Of a DNA stretch of 64,000 nt, positions 47,188-57,881 are shown in pieces. The position numbers were made by a program, and so were the translations under genes. Numbering within the stretch: the first letter of the stretch is position 1; every line of letters starts with the position of its first letter. The notes beneath the pieces were generated by a model, which was not told where the DNA came from, did not search any database, and saw only the letters and a list, made by a program, of their open reading frames with translations. Source of the stretch: an uncultured Clostridia bacterium (GTDB taxonomy: Bacteria > Bacillota > Clostridia > Christensenellales > UBA1242); contig CAKVHV010000001.1 in NCBI GenBank assembly GCA_934754475.1, positions 420,228-484,227 on the forward strand, in the 5' to 3' direction.

Positions 47188-47847
47188 TTAGTTCTCCTTA
47201 ATTGTCCTATAAAGCAAATCTACTTCTTCGTCAATAGTCATATCTGAATTATCTATATAAATCGTTCCTTCGGTCAAAATGAGTGGAGACAACTCACGTT
47301 CTCTATCTCTTCGGTCTCTCTCCACCAAATCCGCTTTGATTTCTTCCAAAGAAACTTTTTGATTTTTGGAAATTAATTCATCATATCTGCGTTTTGCTCT
47401 AACATCAATACTTGCATCCAAGAAAAATCTAAATTTTGCATCAGGCAATACATGTGAAGTAATATCCCTGCCTTCCATAATTAAATCAATTTCTCTAGCC
47501 GAATTACGTTGAATATTAAGCACAAATTCTCGACACTTAGGATATGGTGCAATTATAGAACAAATATCACTCACTTTGTTTAGTCTAATTTTGGTTGAAA
47601 CATCTTCACCATTTAATATGGTGATTTGTTCACCATTATTATGTTTGAGTGTAATATTAATATCTTTAAGTGATTTTTCAACTTCGCTTTCATTATACGG
47701 GTCAATATTATTATCCATTACATACACTCCAAGCGCTCTATAAATAGCACCTGTGTCAAAGTGTACAACCCCTAACTTTTGAGCAAGTTTTGTACAAACA
47801 ATTCCCTTTCCCGACGATGATGTTCCATCAATTGCGATTGTTAACAT
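47188..47847 (-). CDS. cmk: Cytidylate kinase
   Basis: P-loop IAIDGTSSSGKG, then FDTGAIYRA and GRDITSHVLPDA. Confidence 0.9.
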   Translation of the reverse strand: MLTIAIDGTSSSGKGIVCTKLAQKLGVVHFDTGAIYRALGVYVMDNNIDPYNESEVEKSLKDINITLKHNNGEQITILNGEDVSTKIRLNKVSDICSIIAPYPKCREFVLNIQRNSAREIDLIMEGRDITSHVLPDAKFRFFLDASIDVRAKRRYDELISKNQKVSLEEIKADLVERDRRDRERELSPLILTEGTIYIDNSDMTIDEEVDLLYRTIKEN

Positions 47848-48554
47848 AAATCCCCCTTAAAAACCAAATCTTTTTGTTTATCGTCTAAAAATACATACTT
47901 TCCTTCTTGTAAATCACCAAGTTTCAAACAGCCAATCGAAAGTCTTTTTAGAGCATAGACAGTAACCTTCATGCTCTCAAATATCTTTCTTATCTCTCTA
48001 TTTTTACCTTCCATAATAGTTATATGATAATAGTAATAATCTTCGTCATTATGGCTTAATTCAATTTTGGCTGGCAAGTATTTAATGTTATCTATTATCA
48101 TGCCTTTTCTAATAGAATTTAATTCTTTGTTTGTAAGAATTACTTTGAGTTTAACTTCGTATGTTTTGTAAATATGTTTTGAAGGATGAATTATATTGTT
48201 TGCCCAGTCACCATCGTTTGTAAGCAAAAGCAACCCTTGAGTATTATAATCAAGTCTTCCTACAGGAAAAACTTTTTCCTTGACATTTTTTAATAAATCA
48301 GTAACTACTTTTCTATCTTTTTCATCTTTTAGAGATGTTATATAACAACGTGGCTTGTTAAGCATTATATAAAGTTTTTTGCTAGCAGGTTTAACAATTT
48401 TGCCATCAAAGGAAACAATATCTTCGTCACCTACATCATATGCCAAATTCTTGATAACTTTGTTATTAACACTAATTCTTCCCGAAGTTACAAACTCTTC
48501 AACATGTCTTCGACTTCCAAGTTCGCAACTTGCCAAAAATTTATTTATTCTCAT
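47841..48554 (-). CDS. rluB: Pseudouridine synthase, RsuA/RluB family (S4 domain plus catalytic GRLD)
   Basis: MRINKFLASCELGSRR (S4 domain) and VGRLDYNTQGLLLLTNDG, which carries the catalytic Asp. Confidence 0.85.
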   Translation of the reverse strand: MRINKFLASCELGSRRHVEEFVTSGRISVNNKVIKNLAYDVGDEDIVSFDGKIVKPASKKLYIMLNKPRCYITSLKDEKDRKVVTDLLKNVKEKVFPVGRLDYNTQGLLLLTNDGDWANNIIHPSKHIYKTYEVKLKVILTNKELNSIRKGMIIDNIKYLPAKIELSHNDEDYYYYHITIMEGKNREIRKIFESMKVTVYALKRLSIGCLKLGDLQEGKYVFLDDKQKDLVFKGDLC

Positions 48555-48721
48555 ATTTTCACCTAAATATATTTTACTCTATTTTATATAATTAATCAAT
48601 CAATATTTATCCTTTTGTAATTTTGTAAATACATTAAAACAAAAAACATACTAGACCTAAGCATCTAATATGTTTATTAAAATTTTTAATTAATTTGTTA
48701 TCAAAATAAACTTAAAAATTA

Positions 48722-49852
48722 TTAAAACCATTTGTCGATTATATTATCAAAAAGATATTTCATATCGTTGTTTTGAGCGCCTTCAATTGTTATTAATTCG
48801 CCTTCATAAATAACATCGCCTTTATACAAAACTTGAACACTGCCAACCCCTTGATTAAGTTCAATTGGGGCTACTAATCTATCTGGCATAATATATTTAA
48901 CTTCGTATTCATTCTCTTCCGATTTCAAAATAGGTTTTTTAAAGCCAGCAACTGTTATAATTCCAATCTCAGACTTAGGAGACTTGTCTATTTCAATATT
49001 ACTTACAAAATTGTATGGTAGTACAAATTCTTTCATCATGTATTCACTCATTGCAAGTTTTGTTAGTCTATCACATTCTTCAAACATAGGTTGACAATTA
49101 AGAACAACCGAAATTATTTGAAGACCATTTTCTTCGTGTGCATTAACCAAACATCTTCCAGCATTATCCGTAAAACCAGTTTTGACACCTATGCAATTTT
49201 CATCAGTAAACAACAATCTGTTTTTATGCTTTAAATATCTAGCCTGATATAAATCATTCTTTTCAATAACCATACGTTCAGTAGAAACTATTTCTCTAAA
49301 TATTGGGTTTCTAAGAGCGTAAGCGGTCATCATGCCCAAATCATAAGCCGAAGTGTAATGTCCGTCTTCGTCAAGCCCATGTGGATTTTTAAAACTTGTA
49401 TGCTCAAGTCCTAAGTTACTTGCAAATTGATTCATAAGCCCTACAAAGTTATCTAGTCCACCAATATGCTCAGCAATTGCAACCGCACAATCGTTTCCAC
49501 TAGCCAAAATTAGTCCATACAACAATTCTCTTAGGCTTAACTTTTCACCGCTTTTTAGATAAATACTTGTGCCTTCGATTCCAATCGCTTTCTCACTTAC
49601 GACAAACTTTTCGTCCAAGTCACTTGCATTTTCAATTGCAACAATCGCTGTAACAATTTTGGTTGTACTAGCCATAGGAAGTTCTAAGTTTTCATTTTTT
49701 GAATATAGCACTTCGCCCGAATTGCCTTCGATTACAACCATGCCTTTGGCACTAGAAGATATTTCTTTTGCCATAACATTCATTTTGAAACTACTCAAAA
49801 AAATTGCAATTAGTATAAATATCAAACTCAATATCTTATTCTTTTTCATCAT
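48722..49852 (-). CDS. dacB: D-alanyl-D-alanine carboxypeptidase (sporulation DacB-like, serine type)
   Basis: Signal peptide. SxxK (ASTTK), SGN and KTG (VKTGFT) motifs. Lies downstream of scpA-scpB, as dacB does in Bacillus and Clostridium. Confidence 0.8.
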   Translation of the reverse strand: MMKKNKILSLIFILIAIFLSSFKMNVMAKEISSSAKGMVVIEGNSGEVLYSKNENLELPMASTTKIVTAIVAIENASDLDEKFVVSEKAIGIEGTSIYLKSGEKLSLRELLYGLILASGNDCAVAIAEHIGGLDNFVGLMNQFASNLGLEHTSFKNPHGLDEDGHYTSAYDLGMMTAYALRNPIFREIVSTERMVIEKNDLYQARYLKHKNRLLFTDENCIGVKTGFTDNAGRCLVNAHEENGLQIISVVLNCQPMFEECDRLTKLAMSEYMMKEFVLPYNFVSNIEIDKSPKSEIGIITVAGFKKPILKSEENEYEVKYIMPDRLVAPIELNQGVGSVQVLYKGDVIYEGELITIEGAQNNDMKYLFDNIIDKWF

Positions 49853-50231
49853 TTATGTCCTTTTTGTTAGCTACATAATTTTCATAAAATTTAAACATCA
49901 TATCCAAAATATTTTTTGACATATCTCCAGTTGTGTTTACTGGCATAAATTTAAAGTCTAAATTTGACACCGCAATAAATCCAATTGGAACTATATTAAA
50001 TCCCGTTCCACTTCCGGCACTTACATTTTGTTCCTTGCCTTTTGGCATAGAACCACCGCCCGAAATAAGTCCGACACTAATTTTGCTTACGGGAATTAAA
50101 TACATGTTTTTGCCAATCTCAATAATTTTGCCTACAACAGTATTGGCATCAACAATATCTTTGATATGTTCAAAAGTATTTTCAATAATATTATCTATTT
50201 GAGATTTTTCTTCTTTTTCTTTTTTTGACAT
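49836..50231 (-). CDS. ytfJ: Sporulation protein YtfJ/GerW family
   Basis: 131 aa. VVGKIIEIGKNMYLIPVSKISVGLISGGG..GSGTGFNIVPIGFIAV. Confidence 0.85.
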   Translation of the reverse strand: MSKKEKEEKSQIDNIIENTFEHIKDIVDANTVVGKIIEIGKNMYLIPVSKISVGLISGGGSMPKGKEQNVSAGSGTGFNIVPIGFIAVSNLDFKFMPVNTTGDMSKNILDMMFKFYENYVANKKDINDEKE

Positions 50232-50766
50232 ATTTATTTCTCCTATAAAAACTTAAAATAATTGAAAATAACAAATCAAACAAAGTAAAATACACCTTTA
50301 AATCCAAATTAAAGATGATATTATTATTCAAAAAATCCATCGTATTCAAATAACTAAAACTTAAATCTTTGTTTGAATATTTCAACTTATTTTTTGCAAA
50401 AAAACAAATATTATTAAGGATGCTTACAAAAATTACACTTGAACTCGAATTAACTATTCCCAGTTTAGAAAATAAACTTATGTCATCAAAATAAAGTTTA
50501 TCTACAATATTTTTTTTGATTTCCATAGCCAAGTACTCACTTTTTTTGTCAAACAAAACACTTAGAGTTTTGAGTTTCTTTTTGTTGTTAATTTGAATGT
50601 ACAAGCCAATAAGACTAATACTAATTGACACTAATTTTATTCCAAAAAGTTTAATTGTAATATCTATAGAATTTGAATACAAATCAAAAATTATATTGAT
50701 TTTAAAAACCAACATAACACTCAAAAACACAATCAAAAGAGACAAAAAAATAATAGTACTATTCAT
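50191..50766 (-). CDS. Membrane protein, probably YtfI-like (DUF2953); call is mainly positional
   Basis: 191 aa with an N-terminal TM and a basic C-terminus. It sits directly upstream of ytfJ, like ytfI. Sequence similarity was not verifiable by eye. Confidence 0.45.
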   Translation of the reverse strand: MNSTIIFLSLLIVFLSVMLVFKINIIFDLYSNSIDITIKLFGIKLVSISISLIGLYIQINNKKKLKTLSVLFDKKSEYLAMEIKKNIVDKLYFDDISLFSKLGIVNSSSSVIFVSILNNICFFAKNKLKYSNKDLSFSYLNTMDFLNNNIIFNLDLKVYFTLFDLLFSIILSFYRRNKYVKKRKRRKISNR

Positions 50767-50801
50767 ACTACTATTTTTTTCAAAATTATTTATTATATGT
50801 A

Positions 50802-51554
50802 TTAATTGTCTTCGGCATTAATGTCGATTGTAGGAATATTTGACAAATCGTCACTAAACTTTCCAAGTATATCATCAAGACGATTTCTATCTTCCATAAT
50901 TTCTTCTTTTGTCTCTTTGATGCCTTTGATAATCTGTTCTGCTTCTTCGTCAGACATATTCTTTGCAATATCTTCTTCTTCGGGAATTTCTCTAAAGTCA
51001 AACAATGAATTGTCGCTCTCTTCGTGTAGAACTTTGATTCTTTCGAGAAGTTGTTCATAATCTGGCAAATCTTGAAGACTGGAAATATTGAATTTTTTAA
51101 GGAATGTGTCAGTAGTTCCAAACAAAAGCGGTTTACCCACTGCATCCTTTCTTCCAACTACTTCAATAAGGTTGTTTTCAAGCAAAGTATTAATTGCATA
51201 GTCGCAATTTGCTCCACCCCTAATATTTTCAATTTCAAGTCTTGTAATTGGCTGTTTGTAAGCAATTATCCCACACACTTCCAAAACAATCTTAGTGAGC
51301 ATTTTTTCTTTAATAGGATTAAGCACAATAGATATAGTATCTGCAAAGTTTTTGTTAGAACATAGTTGTGCTTTTTCGTTGTAAATAATTACTTGAATTC
51401 CGTCGTTATTTTCTTGTCTTTGTTTTTGGAGTTCCTTAACTGCATCTTCAACTTCAGACTTGTCAATTTCAAGTTTTTCGGCTATATCCAAAAAAGACAC
51501 ACCTTCGCCCGCAACAAATAGTATTCCTTCAATTATCTTAGATAAGTTCTCCAT
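50802..51554 (-). CDS. scpB: Segregation and condensation protein B
   Basis: IEGILFVAGEGVS..IAYKQPITRLEIENIRGGANCDYAINTLLENNLIEVVGRKDAVGKPLLFGTTDTFLKKF. Acidic C-terminal tail. Confidence 0.9.
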   Translation of the reverse strand: MENLSKIIEGILFVAGEGVSFLDIAEKLEIDKSEVEDAVKELQKQRQENNDGIQVIIYNEKAQLCSNKNFADTISIVLNPIKEKMLTKIVLEVCGIIAYKQPITRLEIENIRGGANCDYAINTLLENNLIEVVGRKDAVGKPLLFGTTDTFLKKFNISSLQDLPDYEQLLERIKVLHEESDNSLFDFREIPEEEDIAKNMSDEEAEQIIKGIKETKEEIMEDRNRLDDILGKFSDDLSNIPTIDINAEDN

Positions 51555-52365
51555 TCATTTCATCTCCCGTTTTTTCTATTTGAATATCCGAAAACAAGTC
51601 ATCTTGAGATACTCTAATCACTTGCATCTTAATAAGTTCAAGTAGCGCCATAAAAGTAGTAATTACTTCGTCTCTACTTGATGTCTCCAAGAATAGTTCG
51701 CTAAATTTAAGTTTACTGCGTGAAATCAAGGTGTCTTTGATAGACGAAATCTTTTGCTCAACAGTAAAAGTTTCCTTGACAATCTCCTTGCTTTCCTTAC
51801 TCTTTTCAATCTTGTTAACTTTGTGCATAATTCCAACAAAAGCATCAAGAAGTTTGTCAAGTTCCATGTCCTTAATTACAATTCTAAATTTGTTCGCTTC
51901 TTTTTCGGGCGCTTTGTAGAACTTGTCATTACTTTCAAGTTTTCCTAACTTTTCATTGACTTCCTTAAACATCTGATACTCTCTAAGTCTGAGTTTCAAA
52001 ATATATTCAGGGTCTAGTTCGTCTTCGTCATTCTCAACAATCTTAGGAAGCAACTTTTTGCTTTTGATTTCAATTAGTAATGCCGCATATTCAATAAACT
52101 CGCTAGCAACTTCCATATCTACTTTGGATATATCTTTCATAATCTCCAAATACTGCTCAGTCAAGTCACTAATTTGAATATCTTCGATGTCAAGCTTGCT
52201 TTTTTTGATAAGTGTAAGCAACAAGTCAAGTGGTCCACTGAAATTTTCCAACTTAAATGTTAGTTTAAATTCACTATCATTTTCATTTTGTGTTTGACTT
52301 TCAATATTATCTGCCAACACATCACTATCTATATTAGATTCTATATTTTTCTCTTCTTCAATCAT
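51538..52365 (-). CDS. scpA: Segregation and condensation protein A
   Basis: FKLENFSGPLDLLLTLIKKSKLDIEDIQISDLTEQYLEIM plus the C-terminal FMALLELIK motif. Overlaps the scpB start. Confidence 0.9.
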   Translation of the reverse strand: MIEEEKNIESNIDSDVLADNIESQTQNENDSEFKLTFKLENFSGPLDLLLTLIKKSKLDIEDIQISDLTEQYLEIMKDISKVDMEVASEFIEYAALLIEIKSKKLLPKIVENDEDELDPEYILKLRLREYQMFKEVNEKLGKLESNDKFYKAPEKEANKFRIVIKDMELDKLLDAFVGIMHKVNKIEKSKESKEIVKETFTVEQKISSIKDTLISRSKLKFSELFLETSSRDEVITTFMALLELIKMQVIRVSQDDLFSDIQIEKTGDEMNGELI

Positions 52366-52440
52366 AAATTTTTTCCATAAATTTAGTTTTACATAGTACT
52401 ATGCAATATTTTTAATTTCGCCAAATTTCTGACATTTTTA

Positions 52441-53088
52441 TCAAAAGAACAATCTCCAAAACAACTCAATTGGAGTAGATATTAGAGCAATTAAATTAAA
52501 TAGTATTCTGTCTAAGAACAATAAAACTACAAGCAAAATAATTGAGCCATATCTATACATAAATTTAACATAAGGATTGTCATACTTTGTGTAATTTTCA
52601 ACAAGTTTAAATCCATCCAAAGGATAAATTGGAAGCAAATTAAACACTGCTAGACTTATGTTTATAAAGTACAAAAAGTAAAAGAATTGTTGTAAAAATA
52701 AGACAAATACACTAGTGGATTTAATAAGCATGGTTAAATAAAAAAATCCACAGCCAAAAAATCCAAGTATCAAATTTACAAGAATTCCGGCTACACTTGT
52801 TAACCCAATTCCCTTTTTGATATTCCTAAAATTATCTGGATTAGATTGAACTGGTTTAGCCCAACCAAATCCAAAAACCGCACAAGAAATAAAGCCAATT
52901 GTATCAATGTGCTTGAGCGGATTTAAACTTACTCTTCCCTGCATCTTTGGAGTCATATCGCCACATTTGTAAGCAACATACGCATGCCCAAATTCATGCA
53001 AACTAAGAGACAAAAGTATTACTAAAATATAAGCAAGTGAGACAATAACAAAGTCCCAGCCTTGATAAGAATTAATAAAAAATAACAT
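52441..53088 (-). CDS. Site-2 protease family (peptidase M50) membrane metalloprotease
   Basis: HEFGHAYVA (HExxH) in a TM helix, and NLLPIYPLDGFKL (NxxPxxxLDG). Confidence 0.8.
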   Translation of the reverse strand: MLFFINSYQGWDFVIVSLAYILVILLSLSLHEFGHAYVAYKCGDMTPKMQGRVSLNPLKHIDTIGFISCAVFGFGWAKPVQSNPDNFRNIKKGIGLTSVAGILVNLILGFFGCGFFYLTMLIKSTSVFVLFLQQFFYFLYFINISLAVFNLLPIYPLDGFKLVENYTKYDNPYVKFMYRYGSIILLVVLLFLDRILFNLIALISTPIELFWRLFF

Positions 53089-53150
53089 AAAAACCTTTTT
53101 AATTTATAAGTATTTTAACAAATATAAATATTTTTGACAATTTATTATCT

Positions 53151-53843
53151 TTATTTCATGTAAATAATTCTATGGCATTGTTCACAAACAATAGTGCCTT
53201 CGTTTTTGAGTTTGTTAACTCTTGCGGTTGGAATTTCTACTCTACAACCCGAACAATGACCATTGTCAAAACTAACATAAACTGGGAAGATTTTGTCCGC
53301 TTTCATAGTCTTGTATTTGTTTAATAGTTGACTATCTATTTCCCCTTCCAAAGCCTTCATTTTGTCTTCGATTTCTTTGATTTTTGGTTCAACTAATTTC
53401 ATAGATTTTTCATAAGCAACTTTGAATTCGTTATACTTAGTTCTAGCCTTAATCATATTATTTTTTGTTGTCTCAAAATCTTTTAGACTAGATTTTATTT
53501 TGGTAATAATTATATTAATATTTCTTTCTAACAAGAATAATTCGCTACTAAGTGAATTGATTGTAGACAAGATATTATCTACATCATCAAGTTCAACTGT
53601 GTTTAAATCTTTGTTAATTAGTTTTTGGATTTTTTGAGAATTAGAGTCATATTGTTTTTTTAGATTTTCATAGTCTTTGAGCAAATCACTTGCATCATTT
53701 TCAAGTTTGACACCTTTGTCGTGTGCTTCTACTATAAAACCTTTGAGTTTGTTCATATTACTCTTTTCAACACTATTCAAATTGGATTTTTTGAGTTTGT
53801 TTAGTTCCAAATCTAATTTTTGATATTCTAGTATTTTATTCAT
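53151..53843 (-). CDS. Coiled-coil protein with a C-terminal C4 zinc ribbon (COG1579/DUF164-like)
   Basis: A long heptad-rich region, then HCSGCRVEIP..IVCEQCHRIIY. Confidence 0.7.
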   Translation of the reverse strand: MNKILEYQKLDLELNKLKKSNLNSVEKSNMNKLKGFIVEAHDKGVKLENDASDLLKDYENLKKQYDSNSQKIQKLINKDLNTVELDDVDNILSTINSLSSELFLLERNINIIITKIKSSLKDFETTKNNMIKARTKYNEFKVAYEKSMKLVEPKIKEIEDKMKALEGEIDSQLLNKYKTMKADKIFPVYVSFDNGHCSGCRVEIPTARVNKLKNEGTIVCEQCHRIIYMK

Positions 53844-54498
53844 AATTCAATTCCTTTTTTGCTTTTTCAAAAAGCATTATACTCTTTTCCACTTTTGCAT
53901 CTATTGTTTTTTGATTTTGCTTGATTAAATATAATTTTTTTAGATTGCTTTTGACATAATCATTGATAGCACTTTCGTTGTTTTCAAAATTATCTTTTCC
54001 AAACCATAGTTCAAATTCAGACAATTTGTCTACATTATCGCATTTTTCACATTTAATTATATTATAGAACTTATTTTTGTCTTTGATAATAATATCAAAA
54101 GTAATTTTGTAGTGATTATTAATTAAATATTCTTTGAGAACAATATTGTCATGCTGTGGTGCTAAGATAAATTTTTGAATATCCACTTTTGAATTTTTGA
54201 TTATATTCAAAATTTCATATCCACCCATTCCAGCAATAGCACATTCACCGATTATAGAGTCATCATATCCACTAAGTCCATCGCAACAAATTGCTTTGAT
54301 TTTATCCTTTTTGTCGGCTAATAAATCAACCGCTTTTTGAAGACTACTGCTACTTATATCCGAAACATATGCAAAATCAATTTTATTTTCGTCAAAAAGC
54401 TTACGAACCAATTTTCCATGGTCACAACCAACATCCGCTATAATTCTTTCGTCTACAAGACTTGAAATAAATTCTAGTCTAAAAGATAGTTTATTCAT
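53836..54498 (-). CDS. trmK: tRNA (adenine22-N1)-methyltransferase TrmK
   Basis: [36 protein letters not shown]. Sits downstream of sigA, like yqfN in Bacillus. Confidence 0.8.
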   Translation of the reverse strand: MNKLSFRLEFISSLVDERIIADVGCDHGKLVRKLFDENKIDFAYVSDISSSSLQKAVDLLADKKDKIKAICCDGLSGYDDSIIGECAIAGMGGYEILNIIKNSKVDIQKFILAPQHDNIVLKEYLINNHYKITFDIIIKDKNKFYNIIKCEKCDNVDKLSEFELWFGKDNFENNESAINDYVKSNLKKLYLIKQNQKTIDAKVEKSIMLFEKAKKELNYE

Positions 54499-55546
54499 AA
54501 AAATCTTGCAACTTTTTGCTACGATTTGGATGTCTAAGTTTTCTTAGGGCTTTGGCTTCGATTTGACGAATTCTTTCTCGTGTAACATTAAATTCTTTGC
54601 CGACTTCTTCCAAAGTTCTAGGATGACTATCGTCTAGTCCGTATCTAAGTCTTATAACCTTTTGTTCTCTTGGAGTCAAAGTCTCAATTACTTGCAAAAG
54701 TTGTGCTTTCAAAATATCTTGGGCTGCATTGTCTGTTGGAGACTTGATACTTTCGTCTTCGACAAAGTCACTAATTCTGCTCTCGTCTTCTTCGCCTACT
54801 GGACTCTCAAGCGATACTGGGTCTTGAGCAATTTTTTGAATTTCAATTACTCTATTTTCACTTAGTCCCATACGTTCGGCAATCTCTGCATTTGTTGGGT
54901 CTCTGCCAAGTTCTTGCATAAGTTGTTTGCTAACACGAGAAAGTCTATGTATAGTTTCAACCATATGAACAGGAATTCTAATAGTTCTTGCTTGGTCGGC
55001 AATCGCTCTGGTTATTGATTGTCTAATCCACCAAGTTGCATAGGTCGAAAATCTAAATCCTTTGGTGTAATCAAACTTTTCAACTGCTTTGAGAAGTCCT
55101 AAGTTTCCTTCTTGAATAAGGTCAAGAAATTGCATAGAACTACGATTAACATACTTTTTTGCAATACTAACTACTAGTTTTAGGTTTCTTTCGGACAATT
55201 CTTTTTTGGCTCTTTCGTCGCCTTCAATTATTTTTTTGGCAAGTTCTACTTCTTGTTCGGGAGTAAGTAGTTGGGCTTGTCCAATATCCTTAAGATACAT
55301 TTTAACCGGGTCATCAACTTTGACATCACTAATTAGACTTTTGAGTTCTTCGTCCTTAATTACTTCGTCAACTGGTGGCTCAACTGTTATTCCTTCGTCT
55401 TCTAGTCTATCTTTGACTTCCTTGAGTTCTTCGGCAGAAAGTTCAAAGTTAATAAGTTTTGCTCCCAAATCTTCTTCGGTTATTGTGTTTCCGTCCTTGC
55501 TTGCATCTTTTATAATCTTCTCAATTTCTTCATCTAAATTATTCAT
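54491..55546 (-). CDS. sigA: Primary RNA polymerase sigma factor SigA/RpoD
   Basis: Regions 1.2 to 4.2: [83 protein letters not shown]. Confidence 0.95.
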   Translation of the reverse strand: MNNLDEEIEKIIKDASKDGNTITEEDLGAKLINFELSAEELKEVKDRLEDEGITVEPPVDEVIKDEELKSLISDVKVDDPVKMYLKDIGQAQLLTPEQEVELAKKIIEGDERAKKELSERNLKLVVSIAKKYVNRSSMQFLDLIQEGNLGLLKAVEKFDYTKGFRFSTYATWWIRQSITRAIADQARTIRIPVHMVETIHRLSRVSKQLMQELGRDPTNAEIAERMGLSENRVIEIQKIAQDPVSLESPVGEEDESRISDFVEDESIKSPTDNAAQDILKAQLLQVIETLTPREQKVIRLRYGLDDSHPRTLEEVGKEFNVTRERIRQIEAKALRKLRHPNRSKKLQDFYE

Positions 55547-57327
55547 TATTTTCCCCTATTGTTTTTTTCTGCGATTAATTTTTTGATTTCTTGCATTATT
55601 TCCATTCTTTCATTGTTATCGCTTACTTTGGCTAGTTTGGCGGTCAAACTATCTATCTGACTACTAAGCCCAGTCTTAATAAGAATATTCAAGCAATCTT
55701 CAAAGTGCTTGTCGTTATCGTCACCAGCAACAAAGTTGTAGTTGACAATATCATATATATCAGATGTATTTTCAACATCAAACATATCAAATAGTTTGCT
55801 TACTATTGGTTTGCGGTTGTTTTGGTATTCATTTTCTATGTACTTATAAATCTTGACATAATCGGAATTATATAGGTTGGATATAATTCTATCGTCGAGT
55901 TTGGCATAATCTTTTTTGTAAAGCAGTGATGCTATAATAAACTTAACAGATTTGACATAAGAATTTTCTTTTAGGTTTATCTTGTTGTCAACAGTTTCAA
56001 CTATGTCTTCTTGAGTTACGTTTTGAGTTCCAAGTTTGGTTAAATCACTCTTGAGAACACTGATATTAATGTTAGTCATTTGTTGAACCATTTTGAGATA
56101 AATCTCTTGTTCACTTTCGCTTCCAAGTGACTTAATAACATTAAGTGCATCGGCTATAAATTTCGTCTTTTGTTCGGGCTTGCTCAAATCATAATTACTT
56201 GCAAAGTCCTTTATCAAAAATTCCACCCAATAGAGTGCATTACTTAGCATTTCATCCCAAGCGGACTTTCCAAAAGCATTTACAAATTCGTCTGGGTCTC
56301 TACCATCTGGAATTGTTACAACATACACAAGCAGTCCGGCGTTTACTAGTATCTCAATGCTTCTGAGTGTTGCCTTTTTACCCGCGTTATCCCCGTCAAA
56401 ACAAAGAATTACTTTGTCGGCAAAACGTTTCAAATTTTTGGCATGACTGGCTGTTAATGCTGTTCCCATACAAGCAACCGCATTTTGAACACCGCTCTTG
56501 TATAGAGATATGACATCCATTTGACCTTCAACTATTACAATCTCTTTGAGTTCACCTTGTTTTTTGGCTTTTTTGATTTCATTTATTCCATAAATCAAAC
56601 TACTTTTGTCAAACACAAGAGTCTGAGCGGTATTTTTGTATTTTGCAAAATCCGCCTTTCCAATAACTCTGCCGCTAAATCCTACAACATTTCCCATTAA
56701 ATTGAATATTGGAAATATTATTCGCTTTCCATAAGCATCAGATATTTTGCCGGGTTCGTATCTGTCACAAACACCCGCATCAATCATTTCGTCTTCGGTA
56801 TATCCAAGACTCTTTAAATGCGTAACAATATCATGCCAACCTATGCTATAACCAATTCCATATTCCTTGATAATACTCATATCAAGTTTTCGTGATGCCA
56901 AGTATTCAAGTGCTGGAGCCGCTTCGGGTTTTTTGAGATTACCATAATAATACTTTGCCGCATCAACCAACAAGTTATAAATTCTATCACGTTTTTTCTT
57001 AAGTTTAATCAAGTTTTCGTCGTTATGGTATTCCGGAAGTTCCATGTTAGCATATTCAGCAAGTTTTTTGCACGCATCATAAAAATCAAGTGATTCATAT
57101 TTGCAAACAAAGTTAATAACATCCCCACTCGCACCACAACCAAAACAATGGTAGTATTGTTCTATTTCGTTAATTGCAAAAGATGGTGTTTTTTCAAAGT
57201 GAAAAGGACAACAAGCCCACCAAGTTTTGCCCTTGCGAGTAAGATTTATGTACTTAGAAATAGTAGTAACTATGTCGTTATTTTGCTTTAATTTTTCTAT
57301 AAAATCTTGAGAAAAACCTTTATCCAA
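55546..57327 (-). CDS. dnaG: DNA primase
   Basis: Zinc-binding [30 protein letters not shown] and a TOPRIM domain ([18 protein letters not shown]). Its stop overlaps the sigA ATG (TAATG). Confidence 0.95.
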   Translation of the reverse strand: MDKGFSQDFIEKLKQNNDIVTTISKYINLTRKGKTWWACCPFHFEKTPSFAINEIEQYYHCFGCGASGDVINFVCKYESLDFYDACKKLAEYANMELPEYHNDENLIKLKKKRDRIYNLLVDAAKYYYGNLKKPEAAPALEYLASRKLDMSIIKEYGIGYSIGWHDIVTHLKSLGYTEDEMIDAGVCDRYEPGKISDAYGKRIIFPIFNLMGNVVGFSGRVIGKADFAKYKNTAQTLVFDKSSLIYGINEIKKAKKQGELKEIVIVEGQMDVISLYKSGVQNAVACMGTALTASHAKNLKRFADKVILCFDGDNAGKKATLRSIEILVNAGLLVYVVTIPDGRDPDEFVNAFGKSAWDEMLSNALYWVEFLIKDFASNYDLSKPEQKTKFIADALNVIKSLGSESEQEIYLKMVQQMTNINISVLKSDLTKLGTQNVTQEDIVETVDNKINLKENSYVKSVKFIIASLLYKKDYAKLDDRIISNLYNSDYVKIYKYIENEYQNNRKPIVSKLFDMFDVENTSDIYDIVNYNFVAGDDNDKHFEDCLNILIKTGLSSQIDSLTAKLAKVSDNNERMEIMQEIKKLIAEKNNRGK

Positions 57328-57413
57328 TCGTACACCTCACAAAAATTCTACTAATATATACGTCAAAATTTGTTAATTTCCTTTTTTTATTTAAAAGTTT
57401 TTTTAAAATTAAA

Positions 57414-57441
57414 CAAAAAAATTAACTAGCCACCCGCTAGT
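57414..57441 (-). terminator. Terminator after the small membrane-protein gene
   Basis: Minus strand reads actagc-gggtg-gctagt followed by a T-rich run. Confidence 0.5.
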
Positions 57442-57457
57442 CAACTTTTCATTTTGA

Positions 57458-57712
57458 TTATTTGCTTGAAGATTTGTCTTTTTTATCTTCAGTTTTGTCT
57501 TCAGTTTTTGGTGTTTCAGTATGCAAATTTGCATATGTATTAATAGAAATTGATACAATACCACAAACAATTCCACTACAAGGAATAACAATCCAAGTTG
57601 GGTGCCAAATATTTGCAAAAATTCCAACTAAAATAAACACAAGAATTGAAGCAAGCATAAGTATACCACAAATAGCATCGCAAATAATTTGTGCTTTAGA
57701 TTTTTTGTACAT
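57458..57712 (-). CDS. Small two-TM membrane protein with a K/E/D-rich tail; function unknown
   Basis: 84 aa. AGGGGG Shine-Dalgarno 8 nt upstream of the ATG. Two hydrophobic helices. Confidence 0.55.
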   Translation of the reverse strand: MYKKSKAQIICDAICGILMLASILVFILVGIFANIWHPTWIVIPCSGIVCGIVSISINTYANLHTETPKTEDKTEDKKDKSSSK

Positions 57713-57840
57713 AACATTTCCCCCTAATCTAATAACTAATTATATTATATCAAATAAAAATTTGTTTAACAAATATTTTGCATTAAGTTTAAATAATTAA
57801 TTAACGATTAATTATTTTAAAACAAAGCCCCAGTTTATCT

Positions 57841-57874
57841 AAAAAACAAAAAAAGTCCAAAATTTTTTTGGACT
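57841..57874 (-). terminator. Terminator of the WG-repeat gene
   Basis: Perfect 9-bp stem agtccaaaa/ttttggact, followed by a long T-run on the minus strand. Confidence 0.7.
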
Positions 57875-57881
57875 TTTATCA

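Noticed and set aside
50786-51157. 123-aa minus-strand ORF overlapping scpB in another frame.
   Set aside because: It lies entirely inside the well-supported scpB frame, recognises no family and has no RBS.
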